A stretch of 64,000 bases of DNA from Flavobacterium sp. (GCA_015665265.1 JADFAM010000033.1:2035-66034); one strand, 5' to 3'. Numbered from the stretch's first letter, positions 38,102-48,068 are shown. The notes: a model not told the origin generated them from the letters alone. Made by a program: numbers and translations.

Positions 38102-39448
38102 TTATTGAAAAAGTCTAAAAACATCATTCCCATTTGCAAAAAGTAATAAGGCGATTAATAATATAAAACCAGTTACTTGAGCATATTCTAAAAATTTATC
38201 ACTAGGTTTTTTCCCTGTAATCATTTCCCATAAGGTAAATACTACATGTCCTCCATCTAATGCAGGAATGGGTAGCAGATTCATAAAACCTAACATAATG
38301 GAAAGAAAAGCAGTAATATTCCAAAAACTTTCAGCACTCCATGTAGATGGGAAAATACTTCCAATAGAAATAAATCCGCCCAGACCTTTGTATGCTCCTG
38401 TACTAGGATTAAAGATTTTTTTAAGCTGTTTTACATAATTTGCAAGCGTTTCGTATGATTTATTAATTCCTGCTGGAATTGCATCAGCGAAAGAATAATT
38501 AATATCAGCTAAATCATAGTACCCTAGTTTTTCTAAGTCAGCTAAACCCATACCGTAAATCACTATCCCTAACTTTCCATTATCATCTACTGCTACATTA
38601 AGTGTTGTATCTTCTTCACCTCTCTTAACTGTCATCGAAATCTCTTTCCCTTTGTTTTCATTCAGTAAGCTCTCAACTTCATCCTGGTATTTTAAGGGCT
38701 GGCCATTAATTGCTGTGACAATATCCTTATCTATTAATTCTGAATTTGCATTTGGTGAATTTTCTTGAAATTTATTAAAAATAAAAGGACTTCTAGGTCT
38801 AACAATCATTCCTGCATTTTTACCTCTGCTTATTAATTTATCAATAAAATCTATAGGTAAATCTTTTTCAATGACAAGACCATTTCTTTCTATGGTATAA
38901 GTATTACCATTTATAAATTCAATAGTAATGTCTGAGAATTTTTTTATTTCTTCCCCATCAACACGTAGAATTTTATCTCCATTTTGCAAACCTAGACTTA
39001 CCGCTAATGAGTCTTGAACCCACACACCGTCAGTTACGTTTTCATTGGGGAGGTATTTTTCACCATAAGAATACATTAACATGATGTAAATAAAAATACC
39101 TAATATAAAATTCACAAAAACTCCACCCAACATGATAATTAAGCGTTGCCAAGCTGGTTTAGATCTAAACTCCCATGGCTTAGGTTCCTCTTGGAGTTGT
39201 TCAGTATCCATGCTTTCATCAATCATTCCAGATATTTTCACATATCCTCCTAAAGGAATCCACCCGATACCATAAACAGTTTCTCCTATCTTCTTTTTGA
39301 AAATAGAAAATTTATAATCAAAGAATAAATAAAATTTTTCTACTCTTGTTTTGAATAATTTAGCAGGGATAAAATGCCCTAACTCATGCAACACAATAAG
39401 TAATGATAAGCTTAGTATAAATTGTGAAGCTTTTATTAATATTTCCAT
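38102..39448 (-). CDS. rseP: RIP site-2 metalloprotease RseP
   Basis: 448 aa. It has the HELGH zinc motif in TM1, PDZ-like middle domains, and a C-terminal NLLPIPALDGGH motif. Confidence 0.85.
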   Translation of the reverse strand: MEILIKASQFILSLSLLIVLHELGHFIPAKLFKTRVEKFYLFFDYKFSIFKKKIGETVYGIGWIPLGGYVKISGMIDESMDTEQLQEEPKPWEFRSKPAWQRLIIMLGGVFVNFILGIFIYIMLMYSYGEKYLPNENVTDGVWVQDSLAVSLGLQNGDKILRVDGEEIKKFSDITIEFINGNTYTIERNGLVIEKDLPIDFIDKLISRGKNAGMIVRPRSPFIFNKFQENSPNANSELIDKDIVTAINGQPLKYQDEVESLLNENKGKEISMTVKRGEEDTTLNVAVDDNGKLGIVIYGMGLADLEKLGYYDLADINYSFADAIPAGINKSYETLANYVKQLKKIFNPSTGAYKGLGGFISIGSIFPSTWSAESFWNITAFLSIMLGFMNLLPIPALDGGHVVFTLWEMITGKKPSDKFLEYAQVTGFILLIALLLFANGNDVFRLFQ

Positions 39449-39477
39449 CTACGTTAGATCTTCAGTTTTTAAAGGCA

Positions 39478-39485
39478 CAAATGTA
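39478..39485 (-). promoter_or_regulatory. Candidate -7 box (TACATTTG on the minus strand) for rseP
   Basis: Plus-strand caaatgta, 30 nt upstream of the ATG at 39448. Confidence 0.4.
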
Positions 39486-39592
39486 CACTTTTCAATAGAG
39501 TTGTAAAAGATTGTTTTAAGTTGGTATTTTTATTTAACAAACATTTATAGAGCATGATGCTCAAAAATAGTTATTGTACGTATTTTATGTAT

Positions 39593-39600
39593 TAAATTTG
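39593..39600 (+). promoter_or_regulatory. Candidate -7 box (TAAATTTG) for the SCO-family gene
   Basis: Matches TAnnTTTG, 19 nt upstream of the ATG at 39619. Confidence 0.4.
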
Positions 39601-39618
39601 TAACATATAAAACATATT

Positions 39619-40293
39619 ATGGATTTAGGCTTTTTTAAAAAATCAATTCCTACACTTCTTTTTTTAATAGTATTCTCTATTATTGGAGTCACAGTTTTTT
39701 ACCAATTAATGTCTCAAGATGAACGATTAAAAATTTACAATCCTATAGATATTAATCCCAGATTAGTTGATATTTCAGTAAAAAATTTAAAAAAAAATCA
39801 TACGATATCAGATTTTGAATTAACAAATCAAAATGGGGAGAAAATCACCAATAAAACCTACGAAAATAAAATTTATATCGCAGATTTTTTCTTTACTCGT
39901 TGTCAAGCAATATGTATATCCATGGCCTACAATATGAGTGAATTACAAGAATATTATAAGAACGATGATGACATTATGTTTTTATCTCATTCTGTAACAC
40001 CAATCATAGACAGTGTGCCTGTTCTTAAAGAATACGCCATTAACAAAGGAGTAATTGACGGCAAATGGAACATTACAACTGGTCCTAAAAAGCACATCTA
40101 TGATTTAGCTCGTAAAAATTATTTTGCAGTTTTGGATGAAGGAAATGGAGATGAAAATGATTTTATTCATACAGAACAATTTGTGCTGATAGACAAAGAA
40201 AGACGCATTAGAGGGTTTTATGATGGAACAGAAAAAAAAGATATGAATACGATTAAAAAAGACATCATAATTTTAAAGCGAGAATACGATTAA
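39619..40293 (+). CDS. SCO1/SenC-family copper chaperone / thioredoxin-like protein
   Basis: 224 aa with an N-terminal TM anchor. The CxxxC motif is FFFTRCQAIC, and a downstream His (FIHTEQF) is present. Confidence 0.75.
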   Translation: MDLGFFKKSIPTLLFLIVFSIIGVTVFYQLMSQDERLKIYNPIDINPRLVDISVKNLKKNHTISDFELTNQNGEKITNKTYENKIYIADFFFTRCQAICISMAYNMSELQEYYKNDDDIMFLSHSVTPIIDSVPVLKEYAINKGVIDGKWNITTGPKKHIYDLARKNYFAVLDEGNGDENDFIHTEQFVLIDKERRIRGFYDGTEKKDMNTIKKDIIILKREYD

Positions 40294-40323
40294 AATAACT
40301 TGTTTAGAATCATTCCAGTTTAG

Positions 40324-40331
40324 TATCTTTG
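40324..40331 (+). promoter_or_regulatory. Candidate -7 box (TATCTTTG) for feoAB
   Basis: Matches TAnnTTTG, 42 nt upstream of the GTG at 40373. It would place the GC-rich hairpin at 40344-40361 inside the leader. Confidence 0.35.
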
Positions 40332-40343
40332 TTGTTAATTTCG

Positions 40344-40361
40344 TTCCCGCATAAGCGGGAA
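40344..40361 (+). promoter_or_regulatory. GC-rich stem-loop in the feoA leader (ttcccgc-ataa-gcgggaa)
   Basis: Perfect 7-bp stem with 5 G:C pairs and a 4-nt loop, in otherwise AT-rich DNA. No following T-run on either strand. It sits 12 nt before the feoA start. Confidence 0.45.
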
Positions 40362-40372
40362 TCTATATTTAA

Positions 40373-40600
40373 GTGACTACAATAGCATCTCTACAAATTG
40401 GTGAATTAGCCTATATATCTGAGGAATCTCTAGATGAAATTCCTCTTAAATTACTGGAAATGGGTTGTTTGCCCGGAGCAGAAGTTGAATTAATTCAAGT
40501 CGCTCCACTCAATGATCCATTGTATATCTGCGTTAATGGTAGTCATTTAGCCATAAGAAAAGAGACTGCCGCAAAAATTAAAATTATTAAAGCTAAATAA
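40373..40600 (+). CDS. feoA: Ferrous iron transport protein A
   Basis: 75 aa with a GTG start. The SH3-like FeoA pattern is L..L..GE...I......LLEMGCLPGAEVELI. The stop overlaps the feoB ATG (TAATG). Confidence 0.8.
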   Translation: MTTIASLQIGELAYISEESLDEIPLKLLEMGCLPGAEVELIQVAPLNDPLYICVNGSHLAIRKETAAKIKIIKAK

Positions 40601-42714
40601 TGAGTCATAAAAAAACCATTAATGTTGCTTTAATTGGCAATCCAAATACAGGAAAAACATCATTATTTAACGAATTAACTGGTTTAAATCAGAAAGTAGG
40701 TAATTACCCTGGAGTTACTGTTGACAAAAAAGAAGGGTCTAGTAAACTTCAGAAGAATCTTAAAGCAATTATTACTGACTTACCTGGGACATACAGTATA
40801 AATCCAACTTCTTTAGATGAGTCTATAGTTTTAAAAACATTATTAAATTCTAAATCAGAGAAAAAATCAGACGTAATAGTTGTTGTTGCAGATATAGAAA
40901 ATTTAAAAAGAAATTTACTGCTTTTTTCTCAAATTAAAGATTTAGAAATTCCAACAGTATTAGCAATTAACATGGCTGATCAAATGGAAAGAAAAGGAAT
41001 TACACTCGACATTAAGTTATTGGAAAAAGAATTGGGAAATGACGTCGTTTTATTAAGTGTAAGAAAAGAAAAAGGGATAGATGAACTTAAGAAGGCTATT
41101 GTTAACACCTATCATAGCGCAAAAGCATTTCCATTGTGTAATGTAAATAATAGAATTGACCCTGCATATTTTGATAGACTTAAGGAGATAAACCCTAACT
41201 ATTCAATTTATGAGCTTTGGTTAATGATTACTCATAATAGTTTTCCTGACACAATTTCTAGGGAGGAAAAAAGTGCACTGTTAAATTTTAAAAACGATTC
41301 AAAAAACTTAAAAAAATATCAGCACAAAGAAACTATTTTCAGGTATCAAAAAATTAATGAAATCTTAAAAAACACCTATTTGGTTGATCGTTCTAAGGCA
41401 TCAGACTTAAGATCAACTTTAGATAAAATTTTTACTCATAAAATTTTTGGATACATATTATTTTTTGCTGTCCTTCTTGTTATTTTTCAATCTATATTTG
41501 ATTGGGCAAGCCTACCAATGGATCTTATAGATGCCGGATTTGCAAACCTTAGCTCTTATGTAAATAAAAATCTTCCCGCTGGTGTTTTAACTAATTTAAT
41601 TTCTGAAGGAATTATTCCAGGAATAGGTGGAATTATTATTTTTATTCCACAAATTGCCATTTTGTTTCTATTTATTTCACTATTGGAAGAAACGGGTTAC
41701 ATGAGTAGAGTTGTCTTTTTAATGGATAAAATTATGAGACGATTTGGAATGAGTGGTAAAAGTGTAATTCCGCTTATTTCTGGAACCGCTTGCGCAATTC
41801 CTGCTGTGATGGCTACTAGAAATATCTCTGGATGGAAAGAACGACTAATTACTATTTTGGTAACACCATTTACTACTTGTTCTGCCCGTTTACCTGTATA
41901 CGCAATCATTATTGCGTTGATTATTCCTGATCAAAAAGTATTTGGTGTTTTAAATTTGCAAGGACTCACCTTGTTAAGTTTGTATATTCTTGGTTTTGCC
42001 ACAGCAATTATTGCCGCAATTATTTTACACAAAACATTAAATGTAAAAAGTACTTCTTTCTTTGTTGTTGAAATGCCCGATTATAAACTGCCTTCTTTTA
42101 AAAATGTATTTATTGATGTTGTTGAAAAAACTAAAGCATTTATTTTTGGTGCAGGGAAAATAATATTATCTATTTCAGTTGTTCTCTGGTTTTTAGCTTC
42201 TAACGGACCACAATCATATAAAGATGTAGAAAAAAATATTACAGAAAATGTGTTTCATCAACAACTTTCTCAGCAGGAAATTAATCAAATGATAGCCTCC
42301 TCTAAATTAGAGAATTCTTATATCGGTATCATGGGTAAAAGTATTGAACCTGTTATTAAACCCCTGGGCTATGATTGGAAAATTGGGATTGCATTAATTA
42401 GTTCTTTTGCTGCAAGAGAGGTTTTTGTGGGAACTTTAGCAACAATTTATTCAGTTGAAAGTGATGACGAAGACATCACTACAATTAAGCAACGAATGGC
42501 TTCCGAAATAAATCCTGACACAGGAACTAGACGATTTAATTTTCCTGTAGGGATGTCTTTATTAGTTTTTTATGCTTTTGCAATGCAATGTATGGCAACG
42601 TTAGCCATTGTTAAAAGAGAAACTAAAAGTTGGAAATGGCCACTGATTCAGCTTTTTGGAATGGGTACTTTAGCGTATATTTGTTCTTTTATAGTTTATC
42701 AAATATTAAGCTAA
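40600..42714 (+). CDS. feoB: Ferrous iron transporter FeoB
   Basis: 704 aa. The N-terminal G domain has GNPNTGKTSLFN, DLPG and NMAD. It also has a gate motif and a polytopic C-terminal domain. Confidence 0.95.
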   Translation: MSHKKTINVALIGNPNTGKTSLFNELTGLNQKVGNYPGVTVDKKEGSSKLQKNLKAIITDLPGTYSINPTSLDESIVLKTLLNSKSEKKSDVIVVVADIENLKRNLLLFSQIKDLEIPTVLAINMADQMERKGITLDIKLLEKELGNDVVLLSVRKEKGIDELKKAIVNTYHSAKAFPLCNVNNRIDPAYFDRLKEINPNYSIYELWLMITHNSFPDTISREEKSALLNFKNDSKNLKKYQHKETIFRYQKINEILKNTYLVDRSKASDLRSTLDKIFTHKIFGYILFFAVLLVIFQSIFDWASLPMDLIDAGFANLSSYVNKNLPAGVLTNLISEGIIPGIGGIIIFIPQIAILFLFISLLEETGYMSRVVFLMDKIMRRFGMSGKSVIPLISGTACAIPAVMATRNISGWKERLITILVTPFTTCSARLPVYAIIIALIIPDQKVFGVLNLQGLTLLSLYILGFATAIIAAIILHKTLNVKSTSFFVVEMPDYKLPSFKNVFIDVVEKTKAFIFGAGKIILSISVVLWFLASNGPQSYKDVEKNITENVFHQQLSQQEINQMIASSKLENSYIGIMGKSIEPVIKPLGYDWKIGIALISSFAAREVFVGTLATIYSVESDDEDITTIKQRMASEINPDTGTRRFNFPVGMSLLVFYAFAMQCMATLAIVKRETKSWKWPLIQLFGMGTLAYICSFIVYQILS

Positions 42715-42824
42715 TGCAAGAAGTAATAACCTACGGTATCCTAATAATATCAATTGTTTTTTTAGTGAGAAAAATGTTCGTTAAAAAAACCTCTTCAAGA
42801 TGCAACAAAGATTGTAATTGTTAA
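42714..42824 (+). CDS. FeoB-associated Cys-rich small membrane protein (36 aa)
   Basis: The ATG overlaps the feoB stop by 1 nt (TAATG). Sequence is MQEVITYGILIISIVFLVRKMFVKKTSSRCNKDCNC: one TM helix, a basic stretch, then a C-x4-C-x-C tail. The 64-aa track ORF (42630-42824) is an artefactual upstream extension inside feoB. Confidence 0.6.
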   Translation: MQEVITYGILIISIVFLVRKMFVKKTSSRCNKDCNC

Positions 42825-42917
42825 AAAAAACTTTTTTTTCTTTTTAGCTGTAAGTATTGTAACCCCTTACTGACAAATAAAGAATAAATATTCACTCTAA
42901 ATAATAAATAATATATC

Positions 42918-43448
42918 ATGAAAAAAATAATTTTATTAGTAGCCGTATTTGCTCTTACAATAGGTTTCTCAAATCAGGCTATTGCACAGAATTTTAAAGG
43001 GTTAGACAAAAGTCCAATGGATATTGCGTCATTTCCTAGTAATTATAGAGTTTCAGAGAAAGTAATTAAGATAATATATAGTAGGCCTCAGTTAAAAGGT
43101 AGGTCTCTTGAAAAGCTAGCTCCTCTCGGTAAAAAATGGAGAACAGGAGCTAACGAAGCAACTGAAGTTACTTTCTACAAGGATGTAGTTTTTGGAGGCA
43201 CCGCTGTAAAAGCAGGAACTTATACGATGTATGCTATTCCAGGAAAAACTACTTGGACAGTTGTGTTAAGTAGTCAGCTAAATGTATGGGGAGTCTATTT
43301 CCACAAAGATGAAAATGATGTAGCCAAAGTAACTATACCTGTTAAACAAACAGAGGAAAATTGGGATGTTTTTTCTATTGCAATTGATGAAGACATGACT
43401 ATAAACTTAGGCTGGGGTACTACTCTAATAAGTATTCCTGTTCAATAA
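42918..43448 (+). CDS. Secreted DUF2911-like protein
   Basis: 176 aa. Signal peptide ends AIAQ. The pattern WRTGANEATEVTF...GTAVKAGTYTMYAIPGKTTWTVVLS matches my recollection of DUF2911. Confidence 0.5.
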   Translation: MKKIILLVAVFALTIGFSNQAIAQNFKGLDKSPMDIASFPSNYRVSEKVIKIIYSRPQLKGRSLEKLAPLGKKWRTGANEATEVTFYKDVVFGGTAVKAGTYTMYAIPGKTTWTVVLSSQLNVWGVYFHKDENDVAKVTIPVKQTEENWDVFSIAIDEDMTINLGWGTTLISIPVQ

Positions 43449-43467
43449 AAAATAATAGTTTTAAAAT

Positions 43468-43517
43468 AAAAACCCATCATAATGCTCAACTTATGTTGTC
43501 ATTATCATGGGTTTTTT
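43468..43517 (+). terminator. Rho-independent terminator
   Basis: Long hairpin aaaacccatcataatg...cattatcatgggtttt with one mismatch and an inner caac/gttg extension, followed by a T6 run. Confidence 0.7.
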
Positions 43518-43602
43518 AATTTTTAGCTTATTTAAAGAATACTATTAATTATGGAGGTCTCCCTTATTATGACATAGACTTTATACTTTGCTAGAATAAG
43601 TG

Positions 43603-43610
43603 TAAATTTG
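43603..43610 (+). promoter_or_regulatory. Candidate -7 box (TAAATTTG) for leuS
   Basis: Matches TAnnTTTG, 24 nt upstream of the ATG at 43634. Confidence 0.4.
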
Positions 43611-43633
43611 ACCACTTTTAAGAAGAACATTTC

Positions 43634-46450
43634 ATGCAATACAATTTCAAAGAAATAGAAGATAAGTGGCAAGATTATTGGGCTAAAAATGAAACTTTTA
43701 AAGCTAATAATGCCTCTGATAAACCCAAATATTATGTTTTGGATATGTTTCCTTATCCATCAGGTGCAGGATTGCATGTAGGTCATCCATTAGGGTATAT
43801 AGCATCAGATATTTATGCACGTTATAAACGCCATAAAGGATTTAATGTATTGCATCCTCAAGGGTATGATTCTTTTGGATTACCAGCAGAACAATATGCC
43901 ATTCAAACAGGGCAACACCCAGCTAAAACTACAGAAGAAAATATTAAAACATATCGTCGTCAACTAGATCAAATAGGATTTTCATTTGATTGGTCTCGTG
44001 AGGTGCGAACTTCAAATCCAGCCTATTACAAATGGACACAATGGATTTTTATTCAACTATTTAATTCTTGGTATAATCTAGATTCTGATAAAGCAGAAGA
44101 TATTTCCACATTAATTTCCATTTTTGAAAAAGAAGGGAATATTTCTGTAAATGCATCCTGCGATGACGAGATTCAAGAGTTTACTGCAGTTCAATGGGAA
44201 GCATTCTCAAAAAAAGAACAAGAAGAAATAGTATTACAATATAGATTAACATTTTTATCAGATACAGAAGTAAATTGGTGTCCAGAACTAGGAACTGTAT
44301 TGGCTAACGATGAAATTGTGAATGGAGTTTCAGAGCGTGGAGGTTTTCCTGTAGTCAGAAAAAAAATGACTCAATGGTCTATGCGAATTTCAGCGTATGC
44401 TCAACGTTTATTAGATGGGCTAAAATCTATAGATTGGCCGCAGCCTCTAAAAGATTCTCAAACCAATTGGATTGGTCGTTCTCAAGGAGCGATGGTTTCT
44501 TTTCAGATAGACAGTTATGATGAAATAATTGATGTTTTTACAACCAGACCAGATACTATTTTTGGGGTCTCTTTTATGACCTTGGCTCCTGAGCATGATT
44601 TGGTTTCTAAAATTACAACAGAAACACAAAAAGATGCAGTTCAAAATTACATAAAAGCTACAGCTAAACGTTCTGAAAGAGAGAGAATGGCAGATGTAAA
44701 AACTATTTCAGGAGTTTTTACTGGGGCCTATGCAATTCATCCATTCTCAGGAGAAAAAGTTCAAATTTGGATTGGAGATTATGTTTTAGCAGGTTATGGT
44801 ACGGGAGCTGTTATGGCAGTTCCGTGTGGAGATCAAAGAGATTATGATTTTGCTAAACACTTTAAAATTCCAATCCCAAATATTTTTGAAGGAGTAGATA
44901 TTTCTGAGCAAGCCCATACAGATAAAGAAGGAACTATTATTGCTAACTCTAACTTTTTAAGCGGACTGTCTTATAAGAAAGCATTAAAATTATCTATCTA
45001 TGAGCTAGAGAAACAAGAAATTGGCCATGGAAAAATAAACTACCGTTTACGTGATGCTGTTTTTAGTAGACAACGATATTGGGGAGAACCTTTCCCGGTT
45101 TACTATGTAGATGGAATGCCTCAAATGATTGACGAAATACACTTACCAATTGTGTTGCCAGAAGTTGAAAAATACTTACCTACTGAAGATGGTCAGCCAC
45201 CCTTAGGAAATGCAGATACGTGGGCTTGGGACTCAGTTAATAATAAAGTTGTAGGTAATGATGAGATAAATAATACTAGTATTTGGCCTTTAGAATTAAA
45301 TACCATGCCAGGTTGGGCAGGAAGTTCATATTATTTTAATCGTTATATGGATCCGCATAATGAGACTGAATTTGCTTCGAAAGAATCGCTGAATTATTGG
45401 AAAGAAGTAGACCTATATATTGGAGGATCTGAACATGCAACAGGGCATCTATTATATGCTCGTTTCTGGCAAAAATTCATGTTTGATAGAGGGTTAGTCC
45501 CTGTGGATGAGTTTGCTAAAAAACTGATTAATCAAGGAATGATCCTAGGGACCTCTGCTTTTATTTTTAGAGAGGATGGAACGAACAGATTTTATTCTAA
45601 AGGATTATTAGAGGGTAAAATAGGGCAATTGATTCATGTTGATGTCTCATTTGTAAATGCTTCTGATGAATTAGATATTGAAGGGTTTAAAAGTTGGAGA
45701 GAAGATTTTAAAGACGCCAAATTTATATATGAGGATAATGGAATTTTTAAAGTTTCTAGAGAAGTAGAGAAGATGTCTAAATCCAAATATAATGTGGTTA
45801 ATCCAGATAATATTTGCGCAGAATATGGAGCAGATAGCTTGCGTTTATTTGAAATGTTTTTAGGGCCATTAGAACAAGCTAAGCCCTGGAAAACATCAGG
45901 TATTTCGGGAGTACATTCCTTCTTAAAGAAACTATGGAAGTTGTTTTACAACGGAGAAGAATTATCTATTTCAGATTCATCACCAACAGCAGAAGAATTT
46001 AAGACATTACACAAAACGATCAAAAAAGTAGAGGAAGATATTGAGAATTTTTCTTTCAACACCTCAGTTTCTACATTTATGATTGCTGTGAATGAGTTAA
46101 TTACTCAGAAATGTAATAAACGTGCTATTTTAGAGCCCTTACTAATTTTAATTTCTCCTTATGCACCTCATATAGCAGAGGAATTGTGGGAGAAATTAGG
46201 AAATACTGAGTCTATTTCTACAGCTCCTTTTCCAATATTTAAGCCACAATATTTGGTAGAAAGTTCAAAAAATTATCCAGTGTCTTTCAACGGGAAAATG
46301 AGATTTACATTGGAGTTACCATTAGATATGACCAAAGATGATATTGAAAAAGTAGTTTTGGCACATCAAAAAACACAAGCTCAATTAGCAGGAAGAGTTC
46401 CAAAGAAAATAATTATAGTTCCAGGGAAGATTATCAATATTGTAGGGTAG
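43634..46450 (+). CDS. leuS: Leucyl-tRNA synthetase
   Basis: 938 aa. HIGH-type motif is GLHVGHPLGY and the KMSKS motif is VEKMSKSKYN. A CP1 editing insertion is present. Confidence 0.95.
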   Translation: MQYNFKEIEDKWQDYWAKNETFKANNASDKPKYYVLDMFPYPSGAGLHVGHPLGYIASDIYARYKRHKGFNVLHPQGYDSFGLPAEQYAIQTGQHPAKTTEENIKTYRRQLDQIGFSFDWSREVRTSNPAYYKWTQWIFIQLFNSWYNLDSDKAEDISTLISIFEKEGNISVNASCDDEIQEFTAVQWEAFSKKEQEEIVLQYRLTFLSDTEVNWCPELGTVLANDEIVNGVSERGGFPVVRKKMTQWSMRISAYAQRLLDGLKSIDWPQPLKDSQTNWIGRSQGAMVSFQIDSYDEIIDVFTTRPDTIFGVSFMTLAPEHDLVSKITTETQKDAVQNYIKATAKRSERERMADVKTISGVFTGAYAIHPFSGEKVQIWIGDYVLAGYGTGAVMAVPCGDQRDYDFAKHFKIPIPNIFEGVDISEQAHTDKEGTIIANSNFLSGLSYKKALKLSIYELEKQEIGHGKINYRLRDAVFSRQRYWGEPFPVYYVDGMPQMIDEIHLPIVLPEVEKYLPTEDGQPPLGNADTWAWDSVNNKVVGNDEINNTSIWPLELNTMPGWAGSSYYFNRYMDPHNETEFASKESLNYWKEVDLYIGGSEHATGHLLYARFWQKFMFDRGLVPVDEFAKKLINQGMILGTSAFIFREDGTNRFYSKGLLEGKIGQLIHVDVSFVNASDELDIEGFKSWREDFKDAKFIYEDNGIFKVSREVEKMSKSKYNVVNPDNICAEYGADSLRLFEMFLGPLEQAKPWKTSGISGVHSFLKKLWKLFYNGEELSISDSSPTAEEFKTLHKTIKKVEEDIENFSFNTSVSTFMIAVNELITQKCNKRAILEPLLILISPYAPHIAEELWEKLGNTESISTAPFPIFKPQYLVESSKNYPVSFNGKMRFTLELPLDMTKDDIEKVVLAHQKTQAQLAGRVPKKIIIVPGKIINIVG

Positions 46451-46476
46451 TAATATGTTATAAACATAATTTTATT

Positions 46477-46510
46477 AAGCTGTTGTGATTTTTTTACATC
46501 AGCTTTTTTT
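46477..46510 (+). terminator. Rho-independent terminator after leuS
   Basis: Stem aagctgttgt/acatcagctt (10 bp, 1 mismatch) with a 9-nt loop, followed by ttttt. Confidence 0.6.
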
Positions 46511-46601
46511 CTGCTCTTACTTTACGTATCTTGTTTGTCAAATATGAGTTAATTTTTGGAATGAACTTTGAAGATAATGCATACTTATTTTAAAAACATA
46601 A

Positions 46602-48068
46602 ATGTTGAAATACTTTAATAACATATCATTAAGAATAAGAATTTTTATTGCTATGATTTTGCTAATTTTTTTAGCAACTGTTCTTATTATTGGTGTTACT
46701 ATTTATCAGTATAATAAACAAACTACAGATTATAATGTTAGCAGATTTGGCAGAAAAGAAGAAAGTTTAAAAAAAGAAATTGACATACAATTATATCAAC
46801 GATCAAATAGTTCTGTAACAACAGAAAACTTACAAGGTATTTTTCAGAAAGCTATTTATGAGATTGCTTACATTCATAATTTGGAGATAAGCATGTATGA
46901 TTTGGAGGGTAAGCTTTTAATAACCTCTGAGCCCTTTGGTTTAAAAGACTCAATTCCATCTGATTTATTGCCCTCAAAAGTTTCAAAATTAAATTTGAGT
47001 AAAGGAGTCAGAGTTTTTGAGATTACAGAGAATAATAATATTAAAATTGAAACTTCATACACCTATATTTTAGACTCAATTTCTAATAGAATAGGGATAT
47101 TAAAATTAGAGTTCAATCAAGATAACACCACTCAAGAATATGAGTTAAAAGAATTCTTAACACGTTTAATTCTTGTATACTTTTTTATGTTTTTAATTGC
47201 CATCATGTTGGCTTATTTTTTATCTAGCTACATCACTAGATCTATTAAGAGTATCACTGATAAAATGAAACGCACTAGATTAAATGAACGAAATGAGAAA
47301 ATTGTATTAAGTTCTGCCAGTGCTGAAATTGGAATATTAGTTGAAGGGTATAATAATATGATAGATGAGTTAGAAGAAAGTGCCGTAAAATTAGCCACAA
47401 GTGAGCGTGAACAAGCTTGGCGAGAGATGGCAAAACAAGTTGCTCATGAAATAAAAAACCCGCTAACACCCATGAGACTTTCTGTTCAAAGTTTTGAGAG
47501 AAGATTTGATATAAATGATCCTGATATTAAAGTAAAATTAAAAGAATATAGTAATACATTAATTCAACAAATAGATGTGATGAGTTCTATTGCAGAAGCT
47601 TTTTCTGATTTTGCAAAAATGCCAAAGCAACGAAAAGAAAAAATAGAGATTATTGGTGTTGTAAAAATGGCTCTAGATATTTTTAGCGAGGATTATGTTG
47701 AGTATCATCCAATGGAAAAAGAAATCTATGCAAATTTAGATAAAACCCAATTAATTAGAATTGTAACGAATCTAGTTAAAAATGCAACACAAGCAGTTGA
47801 AGAAAAACAAAAACCTTTAATAGATGTAAAAGTTTTTCTAAAGAACAAGAAAATATTTATTGAAGTTTCAGATAATGGAAAAGGAATAAAACAAGAAGTT
47901 GAGCACTTAATTTTTGAACCTAAGTTTACAACTAAAACCAGTGGGATGGGACTAGGGCTTCCTATGATTAAAAATATTATTGAAGCTTATGATGGTTCAA
48001 TTAACTTCACCTCTGTAGAAGGAGAAGGAACAGTATTTACCGTAACTTTACCTAATAAATTAAATTAA
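46602..48068 (+). CDS. Membrane sensor histidine kinase (NtrY-like H-box), no adjacent response regulator
   Basis: 488 aa with two TM segments flanking a ~150-aa external domain and a HAMP-like linker. The H-box is AHEIKNPLTPM. N/G boxes are VKNATQA, DNGKGI and GMGLGL. Confidence 0.8.
   Translation: MLKYFNNISLRIRIFIAMILLIFLATVLIIGVTIYQYNKQTTDYNVSRFGRKEESLKKEIDIQLYQRSNSSVTTENLQGIFQKAIYEIAYIHNLEISMYDLEGKLLITSEPFGLKDSIPSDLLPSKVSKLNLSKGVRVFEITENNNIKIETSYTYILDSISNRIGILKLEFNQDNTTQEYELKEFLTRLILVYFFMFLIAIMLAYFLSSYITRSIKSITDKMKRTRLNERNEKIVLSSASAEIGILVEGYNNMIDELEESAVKLATSEREQAWREMAKQVAHEIKNPLTPMRLSVQSFERRFDINDPDIKVKLKEYSNTLIQQIDVMSSIAEAFSDFAKMPKQRKEKIEIIGVVKMALDIFSEDYVEYHPMEKEIYANLDKTQLIRIVTNLVKNATQAVEEKQKPLIDVKVFLKNKKIFIEVSDNGKGIKQEVEHLIFEPKFTTKTSGMGLGLPMIKNIIEAYDGSINFTSVEGEGTVFTVTLPNKLN

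Noticed and set aside
42823-42839. A8-C-T8 tract after the feo operon as a terminator
   Set aside because: It has only A:T pairs and effectively no loop. It is too weak to call a terminator, although it may still contribute to 3' end formation.
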